A DNA stretch of 64,000 nucleotides, taken from assembly GCF_006345805.1 (NCBI RefSeq), contig NC_043016.1, forward strand, positions 18,228,001-18,292,000, in the 5' to 3' direction. The stretch's first letter is position 1. Each line of letters begins with the position of its first letter. Both the position numbers and the translations under genes were made by a program. The notes under the pieces are model-generated. The model searched no databases. It was not told where the DNA came from and saw only the letters and a program-made list of their open reading frames with translations. This document shows, piece after piece, positions 11,121 to 24,185 of the stretch. Origin of the DNA: Octopus sinensis. Lineage: Eukaryota.

Positions 11121-12684
11121 AATTATTGTTTTTTGGTTACGTTTCTATGTAAGTCCAAACTCTCCCTTGTCTTTGAGTTGAAATTTCACAGCTCTTGTGA
11201 CCATAAAAAAAAACTTACGTATATGTTTATTTATTGCTTTGGATAACCCTTTACGTTCTGAGTTCAAATCCCGCCCAGATAGACCGGCGTCGATTCAAAT
11301 CTACATTTATTGGTCCATTTGATTTTTGGACTTGGCCCAAAACTTGAGAAATTGTTGTTTTTGTTGTTGCTACAGGTAGCGTGTTGCCAGAAATATCAGG
11401 TGTGTCGGACAAAATATTTCACTCCCTCTCTTTCTACATTTCCGAATTAAGATCGTAACCGGATTATCTTTGTCTCAATTTTCTTGAATTCAGGAATGCG
11501 AGGTACTACTTATATAGTGATGACAAATTGACTTTTCCCTACTTTAAGAAATTGATGGCCATGCGCCAATGTAAACCGTTTTCGTTTGTTATTGTTGTTC
11601 TTGTTAAATGCTATTATTTTCGTATTTGAATTTTCCGTTTTACATTACATTATTTTATGGATATTAAAATCAATATATTCCTTATCAGAAATCAATATTA
11701 ACATTATTGTTATTATTATTATTGTTGTTGTTGTTGATATTGTCGTTGCATGCTTATTGTTGATGATTATATTTATGATGATGCTGGCCACACATAACAA
11801 CCAGTCTTGTGTATTTTTGTTTTTATTATTAATTTTATTCCTGTAATTCTTAAATATTACGTTTATTTTTGCACCCTTTTACTTTTTTTCTCGCATGTTT
11901 TGTTATCTTTTTTTTTGCTGCTGACGATATTTTAATGATGATGTTTTAAAATGTTTATATGATCATGTTTTAAAGGTGATTTTAATATATCTGTTTACAT
12001 TATAATATAATCTATATCAGCATCTTTTAACTTGGGAGAAGGGAAAAATTGGAGAAATTTCTCCACAGGAGAAAGAAGGAATACATTTCAAGTTGCCAAA
12101 AGGGGAAAGTGTTCATTGGTTGGAATAGAATCCTTTGTCATTATTTACACCGTTTTTATGAGATTTACTTTCCTTAATGTCGATTTCAAGGATGTTAATG
12201 TTAATATTTTAAGTCTGTTAATGGTATTTGCAAACCATAAGGCATATGTCACTCTTCATCTATTACTAAATATTGATACTCTGTTCAAAATTGGCCATGT
12301 TAGGATTCCTAGATTGAGTTGCAGTTAGCAGATTGTGCTTCTTCTCTGCACTGCATAGAAAATTCCTATGCATGTACCACATAAAAAGCACCCAGTACAC
12401 TCTGTAAAGTGGTTGGTGTTAGGAAGTGCATCCAGGAGTAGAAGTTATACCAAAGCAGACAATGAAACCTGGTGTAGCTATCCAGCTTACCAGCCCCCAT
12501 GAAACCGTCCAACCCATGTCATTGTGGAAGATATGTGTTAAATGATTATATATATATCAAAAGGATGTGTTATTATACTATTCTACAGCCATACCAACAA
12601 TCCAACATACCTCCATCATCAGCTGCCACATCGATATCATTATGGTTTTGACACCTGAGCAGTACCATTCAATCCGGTATGTAT

Positions 12685-12870
12685 ATATATATTTGAAAGA
12701 ATGAGTAGAGATGGCTTTCTTTTTTATTGTATGCATTTTTAGTTTGAAAACAGCTAATTGAAGCTCAAAACTTATATCAGAGTAACTCATTGTAAACATT
12801 ATTATTGACATTAAAATGAAAATTTATCCCATCAAAAAAGCCATTTCTATTCATTCTTTCAAATATATAT
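12685..12870. mobile_element. MITE with ~35-bp terminal inverted repeats flanked by (TA)n
   Basis: TATTTGAAAGAATGAGTAGAGATGGCTTT ... AAAGCCATTTCTATTCATTCTTTCAAATA. Confidence 0.65.
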
Positions 12871-12914
12871 AATACTGTACCAAGAAGTTTCTCTTTATTA
12901 CTTTACTATATCGC

Positions 12915-13380
12915 AGTCATGCTAGGCTAGTCATGTCATCAGTATGAGTGATGAAAGAATATCCAAAGTCCCCATGTACTGTCAGCTTGAGAGTGGACAC
13001 AGGAATGTTGGTTGACCATGGCTCAAATATAAGGACAGGCTAAAGAGTAATCTCTTGGAGATGAAGGTAACTCACAATATTTTTGAGCAAACAGCCTTGA
13101 TACGAACAAAATGGAGATCGTTGTGTCAAAATGGTATTAAAAACTTTGTTGCAACCAGCATTAACAGGCTTCAGGGTGCAAGGCAAAGGAGAGAAGTGGT
13201 TGCAAATATGCCACTTGCACTGACCTGTAATCCTCATACTTGTAACATCTGTGGCCTCCTTTGCAAATCGTTGGCAGGACTTAAATGTCACATTCGACAT
13301 AAGCATTAAGACAGACATTACAAAGAAAGAGGATGTTGTTGAAGCCTCATACGTCAAAACTGACGGGAGAGTCCGTCATA
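12915..13380 (+). mobile_element. RTE-clade LINE 3' fragment (post-RT region plus C2H2-like zinc finger), pseudogenised
   Basis: Single frame HVISMSDERISK...GHRNVG*PWLKYKDRLK...RTKWRSLC...CNICGLLCKSLAGLKCHIRHKH*, matching the RTE pattern GHVxRM..R.GRP..RYKD.LK..R..WR. Confidence 0.85.
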
Positions 13381-13815
13381 TACATAATGTGAAGTATCTC
13401 TTCCTACTTTAAAATTTGAAGGTAAAACTCCATTGTATATTATATTAATAACAGTACACTGGAACCAATCAATTGACAGTGCTTATATATGTCACATCAT
13501 GGTTGAATGGTTTTAAGTTTGCTTTGTTATCACAAAGTCCAGGGTTCGATCTCAATGTGTGGAACCTTGTGCAATGTCTTTTATTATAACCATGGGTTGC
13601 CTAAAACACGAGTAAAACTGTGGGAAGTGTGTGGAAGCATGTCTGATGTGTTATACCAGTAATTTAAAGGCCATTGTCACAGTGCCACACCAGTTCTATC
13701 CGAGAATTGCATTAAAGGTACACATCTTATAGGTACAGGTGTGGCTTTGTGGTAACCACATGGTTCCAGATTGTTTGGATTTGTGGATTCCATAGATGGA
13801 TACTGAAAGAAGTCC

Positions 13816-13848
<33 letters not shown>

Positions 13849-13916
13849 ATATATAGATATCATCATTGTTTAACATCTGTTTTCCATGCTGGCATGAGTT
13901 AGACAGTTTGACTGAG

Positions 13917-14122
13917 GACTTTAGCATTTAAACTGGCCATATTTGGCCAAAATGTTCTATCTGTTTTATATTCACACTGACCAGATCCTGCCACTCACAC
14001 CTACCCTACAATGGCATTTTAAAACTTAAAACAATCAAATTATCTAGATCTTGAAGTTACGACATAATACATGATTAATTCAAAACAATGTGAATAAATT
14101 AACCTGAATCCTAAAGACTTAA
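13917..14122 (-). mobile_element. piggyBac-like MITE family 1, diverged
   Basis: Homologous to the CCCTTTAGCATT...AATGCTAAAGGG elements at 24898-25495 and 28349-29130. Confidence 0.6.
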
Positions 14123-15532
14123 ATACTTGATTGGTAGTTGGCTGTACATGGATTTTCATGGAGTTCTAAGCATCAGTTAAGTGTTATGCTGTCTCATATG
14201 AAATAGCAGAACTTACGTTCTTTGGTTATGTTCTTAGTCCACTGTTTATCAAAAAATAACATTTGTGTTACTTTGTATGAAATATATCTGGTAAACACTG
14301 TAAAGTGGTTGGCATTTGGAAGGACACCCAGCTGTAAAAACAATGCCAGAATTGACCTTGCTTGCACTTGTGCCACATAAAAAGCATTCTGTCCATTCTG
14401 CTGGGTGGTTGGTGTTAGAAAGAGCATCCAGCTGTAAAAAAAAAATGCCAAAATAGACCCAGAAGTCTGGTGCAGGCTCCTGTCTGGCCACCTCCTTTCA
14501 AACCATCCGACCCATACTAGCATGGAAGGTGGACATTAAATGCTGATGATAACAATGATGATGAACTCCAGTTTGGTTTCATTTCTTCTACCAACTTTCA
14601 AGTTCCAAATATATTAAGACATGTATGTATAAGAGTGTTGTTCTCTGATTGACAGTTAACCAAAGAAGCCGTTGAAGTGCTTCTCTATAAATCCTGTAGA
14701 GCTAGTTTGAGGTGCTAATTTATTTATTTATTTATTTAATTATTTATAGCATTGACATGAAGAATGTAATTTTAACTGTCAAACAATATGTGACTGACCT
14801 GACTTATGATTGTTGGGTGTCATTTAAAACTTTGAAACCTTTATTCAATATTTCTTTCACCATATGTTCATGTACAATTAGACAAGGATGGCTGCACAAA
14901 ACTTTTTAGGTTTGTTTTTTTTTGTAATCATGGTTACTCCACATATATGCTCATATGCATACATGTATGTATGTGTATATATATATATGTGTGTGTGTAT
15001 ATGTGTGTGTGTGCATGTATACATGTGTGTGCGTGTATACATGTATGTGCGTGTATATATGTGTGCGTGTATATACATCTGTGTGTGTGTGTATATATAT
15101 GTGTGTGTTTATATATATATGTGAGTGTGTATGTATATATGTATAGGTGTATGAGTATGTATATTTATAAGATTTATTTATGGTGTATACCATTACACCA
15201 TAAATGACCTACTACGTGATTTGGGCAAGTGACTCCTACTGTATCTTGGGGCTGACCAATGCCTTGTGAGTGGATTTGGTAGGCACAAACTGAAAAAAGC
15301 CCCATGTGTTTGTGCTTGTACCTACTACCATTTGGCAACCAGTGTTGGTTTGTTTATGTCTCCATAACTTGGTGGTTTTGGAAAAAGAGACCTGTACAGT
15401 AAGTACCAGGCTTAGTGGGGCTGAAAAAAAAAGTACTGAAGTTCATTTGTTCAGCTAAATCCTTGAACTTGGTGTCACTGCATGACAGTAAAAAGTAGGA
15501 TATTTCTAAATATATATACACACACACACATA

Positions 15533-16681
15533 TACATGGTTTGATCAGTAAGTGTCCAGACTGTTGCCATAGTAGTGAAGCTAAAGCATGCAGAGTGAAG
15601 CTGCTTTGCACAAATTGACCTTGAACTCTGCTGTGCATGCACACTAAGTTTTAATGCTCTAGCTCACTTCTGCTGTTTACAGCAGTACTTGGAAGGAAGG
15701 TGTGTAGTATGTGATCATTGCATTGACAATGACAGAGAAAGCTGATCTGAGAATCTGCATCAAATTTTGCCAAGAGCTTGGCGATACCTGCTCAGAGGCC
15801 TAAGCAAAGTTTCAAAGAGTTTGCATCGTTCTTGATTCAGTGGAAGTATTATAAAGCATTTTTCACACGATCATAATAGATAGGTCTGTTAAGAAATAAA
15901 ATGAAAGTGAATATAGCATTTTTGAGTGTTCTTGAATAGCTAAAAAGTGACTCTTACATGGTGAGAATTCTTCATTTCGAAGAAATTTTATACACATACG
16001 TACATGTATGCATTTTATTTTTCTAATATGTAACCGTGTGTGTATTGTTGGCGATTTTCTTTCTCTGTCTTCCCTTCTTCGGACCTTTACTATATTTCTG
16101 ATATAACTGAAACCCAAGTGTCTTTTTGTCCGGCTGAAAACAGTTTTGGTACAAAAATTTGCAGACGCGCGTCTTATACCTAAATCTTCAGTGATAAAGG
16201 ACTGAACTGAACCGTAACTATTCTGCACATCCTCTGATAACTCATGGATGGTGATTCGAGGAATTCCTCCACACAGCTGCATACATATCTGTGATGTTTT
16301 TCTCAGTTCTGCTGGTTACAGGTCTCCCAGAATGTTTGTCACTATTGACATTTTTTCAGCCATCATGGAAACATCTGGACCACTTGTACACTTGTTTGCG
16401 GCTTATACACTCCTCTCCATACACTTTCTGCAACTTTCCGTTAGCCCCTGAGCAGGTATTGCCATGGCAACTTTCTCTGTCATGGTCAATGTGATGATCT
16501 CACGCTACACACCTTCCTTCCAAGCACTGGTGTAAATGGCAGAAGTGAGCTAGAATGTTAAAAAACTTGGTGCATATGAATAACAGAGTCCAAGGTCAAC
16601 TTGTACCAAGCAGCTTCACTCTGCATACTTTAGCTTTGTTACGAAGGCAACAGTTCGGGTACTTATTGATTAGACCTTATA
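15533..16681. mobile_element. Mariner-derived fold-back element: two inverted 5' ends around a captured 263-bp insert
   Basis: TA-flanked TIRs (TACATGGTTTGATCAGTAAGTGTCCAGACTG / rc TATAAGGTCTAATCAATAAGTACCCGAACTG). Left arm encodes MTEKADLRICIKFCQELGDTCSEA*. Right arm (minus) encodes KLQKVYGEECISRKQVYKW...SGRPVTS...RITIHELSEDVQNSYGSVQSFITEDLGIRRASANF, i.e. the mariner HTH and linker. Confidence 0.88.
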
Positions 16682-16682
16682 T

Positions 16683-17470
16683 AGGCATGACTGTGTGGTA
16701 AGAAGCTTGCTTCCCAACCACATGGTCCTGGGTTCAGTCCCACTGTGTGACACCTTGGGCAAGTGCCTTCTATTATAGCCTTAGGCTGACCAAAGCCTCA
16801 TGAGTGGATTTGGTAGACAAAAACTGAAAGAAACCCATTATATATATGTGTGTGTGTGTGTGTGTGTGCTTGTTCCCCCACCCCACCAACGCTTGATAAC
16901 CAATGTTGTGTTTAAGTCCCCATAACTTAGCAGTTCAGCAAAAGATACTGATAGAATTAGTACTAGGCTTACAAAGAATAAGTCCTGGGGTTGATTTTTT
17001 TTTTACTAAAAACCCTTTAAAGCAGTGCTCCAGCATAGCCACAGTTAAATGATTGAAACAAGTAAAAGAATATATAGGAGCAGTTGTGTGGTAAGTAGCT
17101 TGCTTACTAACCACATGGTTCTGGGTTCAGTCCCACTGCATGGCACCATGGGCAAGTGTCTTCTACTACAGCTTTGGGCTGACCAAAGCCTTGTGAGTGG
17201 ATTTAGTAGACAGAAACTGAAAGAAGCCCGTTATATATATATATATATATATATGTAGATATGTATGTATCTGTTTGTCCCCCCCTCCTCAACAGTTGAC
17301 AACTGATGTTGGTGAACTTGTGTCCCTGTAACTTAGCGGTTCGGCAAAAGAGACCGATAGAATAAGTACTAAGCTTACAAAGAATCAGTCCTGGGGGCAA
17401 TTTGTTCAAGTAAAGGCGGTGATCCAGCATGGCCACAGTCAGCTGACTGAAACAAATTACAGAATAAAAG
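16683..17470 (+). mobile_element. Two tandem SINE family A copies (16683-17070, 17076-17470)
   Basis: Each has A/B boxes, body and tail. Confidence 0.88.
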
Positions 17471-17490
17471 AATATATATTTATATATACA

Positions 17491-17591
17491 GGCATTCTGT
17501 CGGTTACGAAGATGAGGGTTCCAGTCGATCCAATCAACGGAACAGCATGCTCATGGAATTAACATGCAAGTGGCTGAGCACTCCGCAAACA
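17491..17591 (-). mobile_element. 3' fragment of SINE family D
   Basis: Reverse complement matches the tail of 53527-53848. Confidence 0.75.
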
Positions 17592-18104
17592 TATAATCTT
17601 TTTTAATATTTTAATATTTCATATCATAGATTATATAATATATATATATATATATATATTATTATATATATATATATATATATGTATATATTCTGTGATA
17701 TTCTCATCTACTATGGTCGCAGTATCTTAGTCATGGATAATTATTGGCAAAATAGCTGATGTGAAACAATTGGTCCTAGGTTTTTTTTTTTACTTAAAAA
17801 ATCTATTATCTACTCTTCTGGTACTGAGTACTTCTTCTTTCAGTTAGTTATTAACACACAGAACACGCCCACACATAGATGCATATACACATACTATGAT
17901 ATTGTGACAGGTTGTAGAAGTGCTATAAAACATTTTTCACATGATCATAATAGATTGGTCTGTTATGAAATAAAATGAAAGTGAATATGGCATTTTTGAG
18001 TGTTCTTGAATAGCTAAAAAGTGACTCTTACATGGTGAGAATTCTTCATTTCGAAGAAATTTTATACATATACATACATGTATGCATTTTATTTTTTTCC
18101 AATA

Positions 18105-18302
18105 TGTGACCGTGTGTGTATTGTTGGCGATTTTCTTTCTCTGTCTTCCCTTCTTTGGACATTTTCTATATTTCTGATGAAGTGCTCCACTTGAAATGTG
18201 AACTCTTTCTTTTCTTTCCTTTCCTGAGTATCCAATAACACAGTACTTGTTCCACGTCCTTGTGTTGTTGTTTTTTCTTGCTTGTTCTTGTTTGGATTGA
18301 CT
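18105..18302 (+). mobile_element. ~200-bp hammerhead-bearing mini-element, family H1, decayed
   Basis: Homologous to 38074-38281 and 45910-46107; core CTGATGA-A-GTGC-TCC-ACTT-GAAAT; ends GTTTGGATTGACTA(TA)n. Confidence 0.7.
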
Positions 18303-18840
18303 ATATATATAATAATAATATTAGGGAATATGATTCCAAACTTACAGAGATAGATTCAATTTAGTAATACTAAATCAAATTTCACAATATATAATATATG
18401 TCTATAAATTAGAGAAGAACCACCATGTAGCAATTCAACAATGATATAATGAAATCCTAATATATAGAAAAAAAATTAAATATACGATAAAACATATACC
18501 TATAATTAAGTAAAGTACAAAATAATGAATAAATAGTATATAAATAGTATATAATTAGTAAAAGAAGATACAGTATGGAACTGATATTTTAATGAGTTAT
18601 ATCTATTTATCATCTGATGAGACACATCTGCATCACCAGATGCTCCTGAACCAATAAAGTGTCCCTCTGTTTACCATATGCATAATGAACACTGAAATTG
18701 ATCATACTTTACCGGTAAGCTACCGGTAAGCTACCGGTAAGTTACCATTTGTCATTATATATATATATCCTCTGGCTCTGATAAAATATTTGAGAAAAAT
18801 TATATCAATATATCTTGTCTATTGAAAATCCATATATTTT

Positions 18841-18924
18841 TGCAACTGAAGATGGCACTATTTAAATTAGTGTAATGCTTGCATTGTTCAATTAAATGGA
18901 GCTGCCTTAAACAGTCGTAATGCA
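18841..18924 (+). ncRNA. Degenerate type I hammerhead motif with long stem II (G12->T)
   Basis: TGCAA-CTGAAGA-T-GGCA...TGCC-T-TAAAC-AGTC-GTA-ATGCA; stems I and II pair, but GAAA is mutated to TAAA. Confidence 0.5.
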
Positions 18925-19037
18925 CTGATACTTGGACATCTTGTTACTTATGTTGATTTTATTCACCTTACTTCAAGTGGTATGGACAGTACTGGACTGA
19001 CTTGGTACTTCAACTTAAGTTCTTAATTCAACTGAAT

Positions 19038-19074
<37 letters not shown>

Positions 19075-21775
19075 CAAAGGAATTCCAACTCTGTCTGTTT
19101 TTTATGTTTTATTTATATTCTTTATAATATTAATATAGAATATATAGTATAAATAATATATATAGTAAAATGAAATGAAGTATTGATTGTCTTATTGAAT
19201 ATCAAATATTAAGGGACTAGTATATTTTCTTGCATTTAAGCAGTCTTCAAGGTCTCATGTTGTGGCAGGAATGTTTCAACTGTATATATACATACATATG
19301 CACACATTCACATACACAAGGTGTGTTTCGTGGGATTTCCTTGAGAGATTTATTGGGGAGGTATGACAACCTAACCTTAACCCTGCTGCTTCAACTTACC
19401 TTGTTCAGATTTCTCCACACTACACCCATTTTCCAGTGTGGGGTGGGGGTGGGGGAAGCTCTGTAGTTGTCATTGTCAAAGCGAAACAGCATAGACGATT
19501 ATATGCATATACTTCATCATTGACTAGACCAATAATCTGGCCTGTTTCCCCACCGACATTTGATACCAGCAATTTGATACTGTTTTACATACTCCTGTAC
19601 ATGACCTGCAGGAAAAGTGTGATTGTGAGGGAAGAAGGGTTTTTTTTTTTTTGTATGATTTTGAATTTTGTCTAGGCTTGGCTTGTCTGTTTTAAATTTT
19701 TTATTTGAAAAATCTTACAGAATAAGCTTACTTAATTTTATAAATTTTATAATTAAAAATGAAAAATTAGTGAGATTGATGTCATTGATGTTTTCTTATA
19801 AAGAAAACTAGACTATTACAGAAACATCCAGGGAGACAGCAATCATCTTTGAGGATAGAACAATTGCCATGTTTAGTGATTGTAAGGAAGAAACATGGGT
19901 TGATAGAAAATTTCAGAGGAATGATTTTTTTTGAGATTGGGAATAGTGTTAAGTGTATGACCTAGGGGCTGCAGACACGTTATAGGTAATGAGAAGTAAA
20001 GTTAGTTATTTATCAAAAGATGGTGTGAGACCAACCAGTTCCAGAGTATTACACTATAGTAGTAGTAGAAAAGGTAAAAGGACAAGATCATACATCGGTG
20101 GGCCAAAAATTGGAGTGTGGTGGTGAGCTGTATTTTGACAATCAGTTGAGTGGCCTTTGTTGTAAGACTCAGATGACACCCACAATGGAGTATTGATTCC
20201 ACATCTGGAGGCAGTACTCAATCATTTGGACTTTAAAGAATTTATCAGTTGTTGGATTATGAAGTATTTTCTAGCTCTGAATTGAAGGCCAGTCTTTGCG
20301 AGGCATCCTTTGCCATAATGAAGATATATACTTGTTAGGGGAGATTCTCATTGATGGTTTAGTGGGAATATATAGTCAATACAAGGTGTTGATGTGGCTG
20401 TGTGTATGTTATTACAAGAGTTCATTAAGAGATAAAAGAATAAATTCAAGACCTATATATTTACTACATAAAAATATATTTTATTTACTGGTTGATGATG
20501 ATACATAGAATCAAAATACAGAATCTAGCAGAATGAAGTAATCTATACAAAAAAGTTCAGGGATAGGAAATGTAGAAATAACAGCTAAATGGTGGTTTTC
20601 AGTCACGTGGCGTAGAGAAATAGACATGAATGGCTCTAAGTCTAACCAGCTAAGAAGCGAAGAGCTGGGTTAGCAAGCTGTTTTTATTAATGGAATGCTA
20701 AGCATTCTAGAAATTTCCAAGAGAAATGCCAAGCTTCTTGAATAATTAAGAATCACGTCTCATGACATTGATACTTCGAGAAGCTTAGAAAAGGGATCTT
20801 TCTTGCAAGGGAGATCATTCAACTATCTAGCTATGGTCTCATGCAAGACCTAGCCTCATGCAAGTCCTGATACAGCAGATCTGGGATCTAGGAACCTCAT
20901 TATCCAATGTGTTTTTTTGTCTAAGATGTTAAAAGAGATTTGGTTTCTAATTCTGGATGGTCAAATGATCACTTAGAGGCTTAACTACACTTTGTATTGG
21001 AGTGCGCTGTCTTAAGACTTGGGGCTTCAAACATAGGGCTTTAGGAGCTTTTAGCAGAATCTGTTTAGTTACAAGCATTCTGAATCCAGTCTCCAGTGAG
21101 TTTGATATCTTGATCTGATCAGATAGTTCATACTAAACGAACCTGTGAATCAAGTATTTTTCCATCCCTTATCAGACACTGAGGCCCTTGAAAATTAATG
21201 AATTTATTGTCTTCCTGCTGAGTGTGACATAAAACAGTTAACAAAATGAAGCTGGAAAAGAATAAATAATGTATGGAGGGAGATTTCAGTTCTTTACTGG
21301 GAAGTTTGAGTTTGCTCCTTGATGCATCATACATAATTTTGTCTACATCCACCATGTTTGCCTTCAAGCTGTAAAGGCTTTATATGGTTCTTTTGCTGTT
21401 TCTGTTATAAGCTAGTTTTTATAAGAAGTGATTACCACCCTTTAGTTCACTGCCTCCCACATCATTTATTTAAATTTACGATGGCTGGCATCCCTTTCTA
21501 CATAAAAACAACAAGATTGGAAGAAGACACTTCTGAAAGAAGGGGAGACGAAACAGATTGGATCCACATCAGTGTTTAACTGGCACTTTAGTTAATTCAT
21601 TCCAAAACAATGAAAGGTGATGTTGACCTTGGCATGATTTAAACACAAAATGCAATGAACTGGACCAAATATTACAAAGAATTGTTCTGGTGCTGTAAAA
21701 ATTCTATGAATCCACTATTTTATTATTATCATCATCATCATTTGCTTTTTAAGCATGAGGGTTTTTAAAATTATA

Positions 21776-21878
21776 TACTAGAGTGGTAAGAAACTCACAA
21801 GAGAGCTGAACAGTTGAAAGTCTTCAGAGTTGAAACCCTTCCTTAGGCAAGTGTTTTGGCCATTCTTACACTCTAGTA
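21776..21878. mobile_element. Small TIR element (MITE-like)
   Basis: TACTAGAGTGGTAAGAA / TTCTTACACTCTAGTA inverted ends. Confidence 0.45.
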
Positions 21879-22139
21879 GTGTAAGAAGATAAGGGCCGAA
21901 ATACTTACCATACATTTCATAGGATCATTAGCATCTTCTTTTTGATATAGAATTATTATTTTTGACTTGGAATAATTATAAAATAGAGTAGAAATATGAA
22001 AAAAAATAGAACATTAATACTTTATGTTATCAATAGTTCTCTACCTGAAGGTTACAAACTTTATTAGATTATACAAAAAGCAGCAGAATGGTCTTAAAGT
22101 GCTTTATTGTAATTATTTCATTGTTTCACCACCCTGCAG

Positions 22140-22370
22140 GACTCCTTCAATTTCATTTCTTTCTGATACCATGTATTTCTTGATCTTCCCTTTTCTCCAC
22201 TTCCTTGCAAATTCATTTCTGACATTCCTCTTATCACTTTAATTCTTCCTTAGCACATGACCCAGCTAGTTCATCCCATTCCTCTTCATGACATTCATCA
22301 CAGCCTTTGTTGCCTTTATTTTTTACAGTTCATTGATTGTCTTTTTCTCTCTCCCTCTCTTCATGTTATA
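22140..22370 (-). mobile_element. Old RTE-like LINE fragment
   Basis: Minus translation ...KRNGMN*LGHVLRKN... then ...GSGEKGRSRNTW across a frameshift. Confidence 0.45.
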
Positions 22371-22431
22371 TAAGCATGTGATATGATTTTTTCTTTTACT
22401 TATGCTTTGGGATCACAAGTTTATAAATGAA

Positions 22432-22819
22432 CTAGCAGTATCACCCGGCGTTGCTTGGGTTTGTTTCGACCCTTTAGAATTGAAATTTTTGAAAAGTAAA
22501 AATTTTGCATTATGTAGCTTATTATTCTCTTTAAGTGACCATTTTTTCTGGTTGAAATACACCGAAAAATGGCAACACAGCAGTCAAGAAATCGTAAAAA
22601 ATAGGGATTTTAATAGAAAAATAGCACCTTTTAGATGTAAATAACTGTTGGTGTTAACATGATCCGATTTGAACTTTTTCTTCTACAGAAGGAAGAGCAA
22701 GCCTTCTTCTATCATACTCTCAATTTTGGTCAACTTGTGCCGCAGGGTCTCGAAGGAGATAGTGTTAGTTGAAGGCTACCAAGCACAGATAACTTCAGCT
22801 TTATATATATATATACGGA
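22432..22819 (-). mobile_element. Non-autonomous Helitron
   Basis: Minus strand A|TC...subterminal GC hairpin (CCCAAGCAACGCCGGG)...CTAG|T; homologous to 25575-25981. Confidence 0.85.
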
Positions 22820-23472
22820 TTATTACTTTTCTCAAATACATTGATGACAAAACTGAAAAAATTTGGTTTTAGGTAATGTTGAAAAGAAAGGAAAGAAAAC
22901 ATGATAAAATCATGTAAAAAAAAAATAGAAAAAAAGCTTGACTAACTGTGAGATTAGATCTGATATATCCTCCCACTCATTTCTGATGTATATGATTTGA
23001 ACGTGACCAATATCCATTGGGCAACATCAGTCCCAGATATTTCAGGTATATGTGTGTGTGTTATATATATATATAGCTTTCACTCTTTCTAGCATATACA
23101 CACACACACACACACACACTTATCTATCTATCTATCTTCTATCTATATATATATTATGGGTGTGTATGTGTCAGTAGGTATTTAAAATGAACAACAGCAC
23201 CAATAGCAAAATATAAATGAAGAGAAATTTAAATTGAATAAAGAAAAAAAACAACAAAAATATAGAAATAGAATAAAATAAAATAAAATAGACATGTATG
23301 ATGACAAACCGGTTTGTCGAGAAAGCCAGTCATTATATTTTGGCATATTGTCAAATAATTGTAATAGGTTTTTTTCTGAATAGGTGCGTGAATATGCACC
23401 TAAAACTGTCAAATTTATGCATATCTATCTGTTTATTTCTCTTGCTCTCTCTCTCTCTCTCTCTTTCTCACT

Positions 23473-23520
<48 letters not shown>

Positions 23521-23585
23521 GTCAGTCTGTCTGTCTGCCTCTTTTCCCCCTCTCTCGCACACACACACATACACACGCATAATAT

Positions 23586-23984
23586 TTTATTCTTTTACAC
23601 GTTTCAGTCATTTGGGTGTGGCCATGCTGGAGCACAGCCTTTTAGTCGAACAAATCGACCCCGGGACTTATTCTTTGTAAGCCTAGTACTTATCCTATCG
23701 GTCTATTTTGCCAAACCCCTAAGTTATGGGGACGTGAATATATCAACATCGGTTGCCAAGCAATGGTGGGGGGACAAACACAGACATACAAATATACACA
23801 CACACACACACACACTATATATATATATGATGGCCTTCTTTCAGTTTCCATCTACCAAATCCACTCACAAGGCTTTGGTCGGCCTGAGGCTGTAGTAGGA
23901 AACACTTGCCCAAGGCGTCATGCAGTGGGACTGAACCCAGAACCATGTGGTTGGGTAGCATGCTTCTTACCACGCAGCCACTCC

Positions 23985-23985
<1 letters not shown>
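23586..23985 (-). mobile_element. SINE family A
   Basis: Full-length homology. Confidence 0.88.
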
Positions 23986-24019
<34 letters not shown>

Positions 24020-24185
24020 ATACACACACACACAGAATAATCCTTTCATGTAGGAGTTAATTTGTTCCAGAAAAATGCTCATAAAGCAAAAACTTTGTCA
24101 ACAGAAAATAAAACTCATAAAAGGTCTGGGTCTCATAAAACAGTTCCTTGTAAAGTGAAGTATCATTGTATGTATATATATATAT

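Noticed and set aside
12021-12328. 98-aa ORF / possible exon at the CpG boundary
   Set aside because: Weak acceptor, no convincing donor and no recognisable domain.
13055-13309. 84-aa C2H2 zinc-finger ORF as a host gene
   Set aside because: It is in frame with upstream RTE LINE motifs and an internal stop; it is the retrotransposon C-terminus.
18606-18660. CTGATGA followed by a CATCTG/CAGATG hairpin
   Set aside because: No correctly placed GAAA or cleavage triplet; not called as a ribozyme on its own.
19760-21500. Microsatellite-free stretch that might be an old LINE (endonuclease/ORF1) on the minus strand
   Set aside because: All frames are heavily interrupted and no motif could be read with confidence; needs tBLASTx/HMM search.
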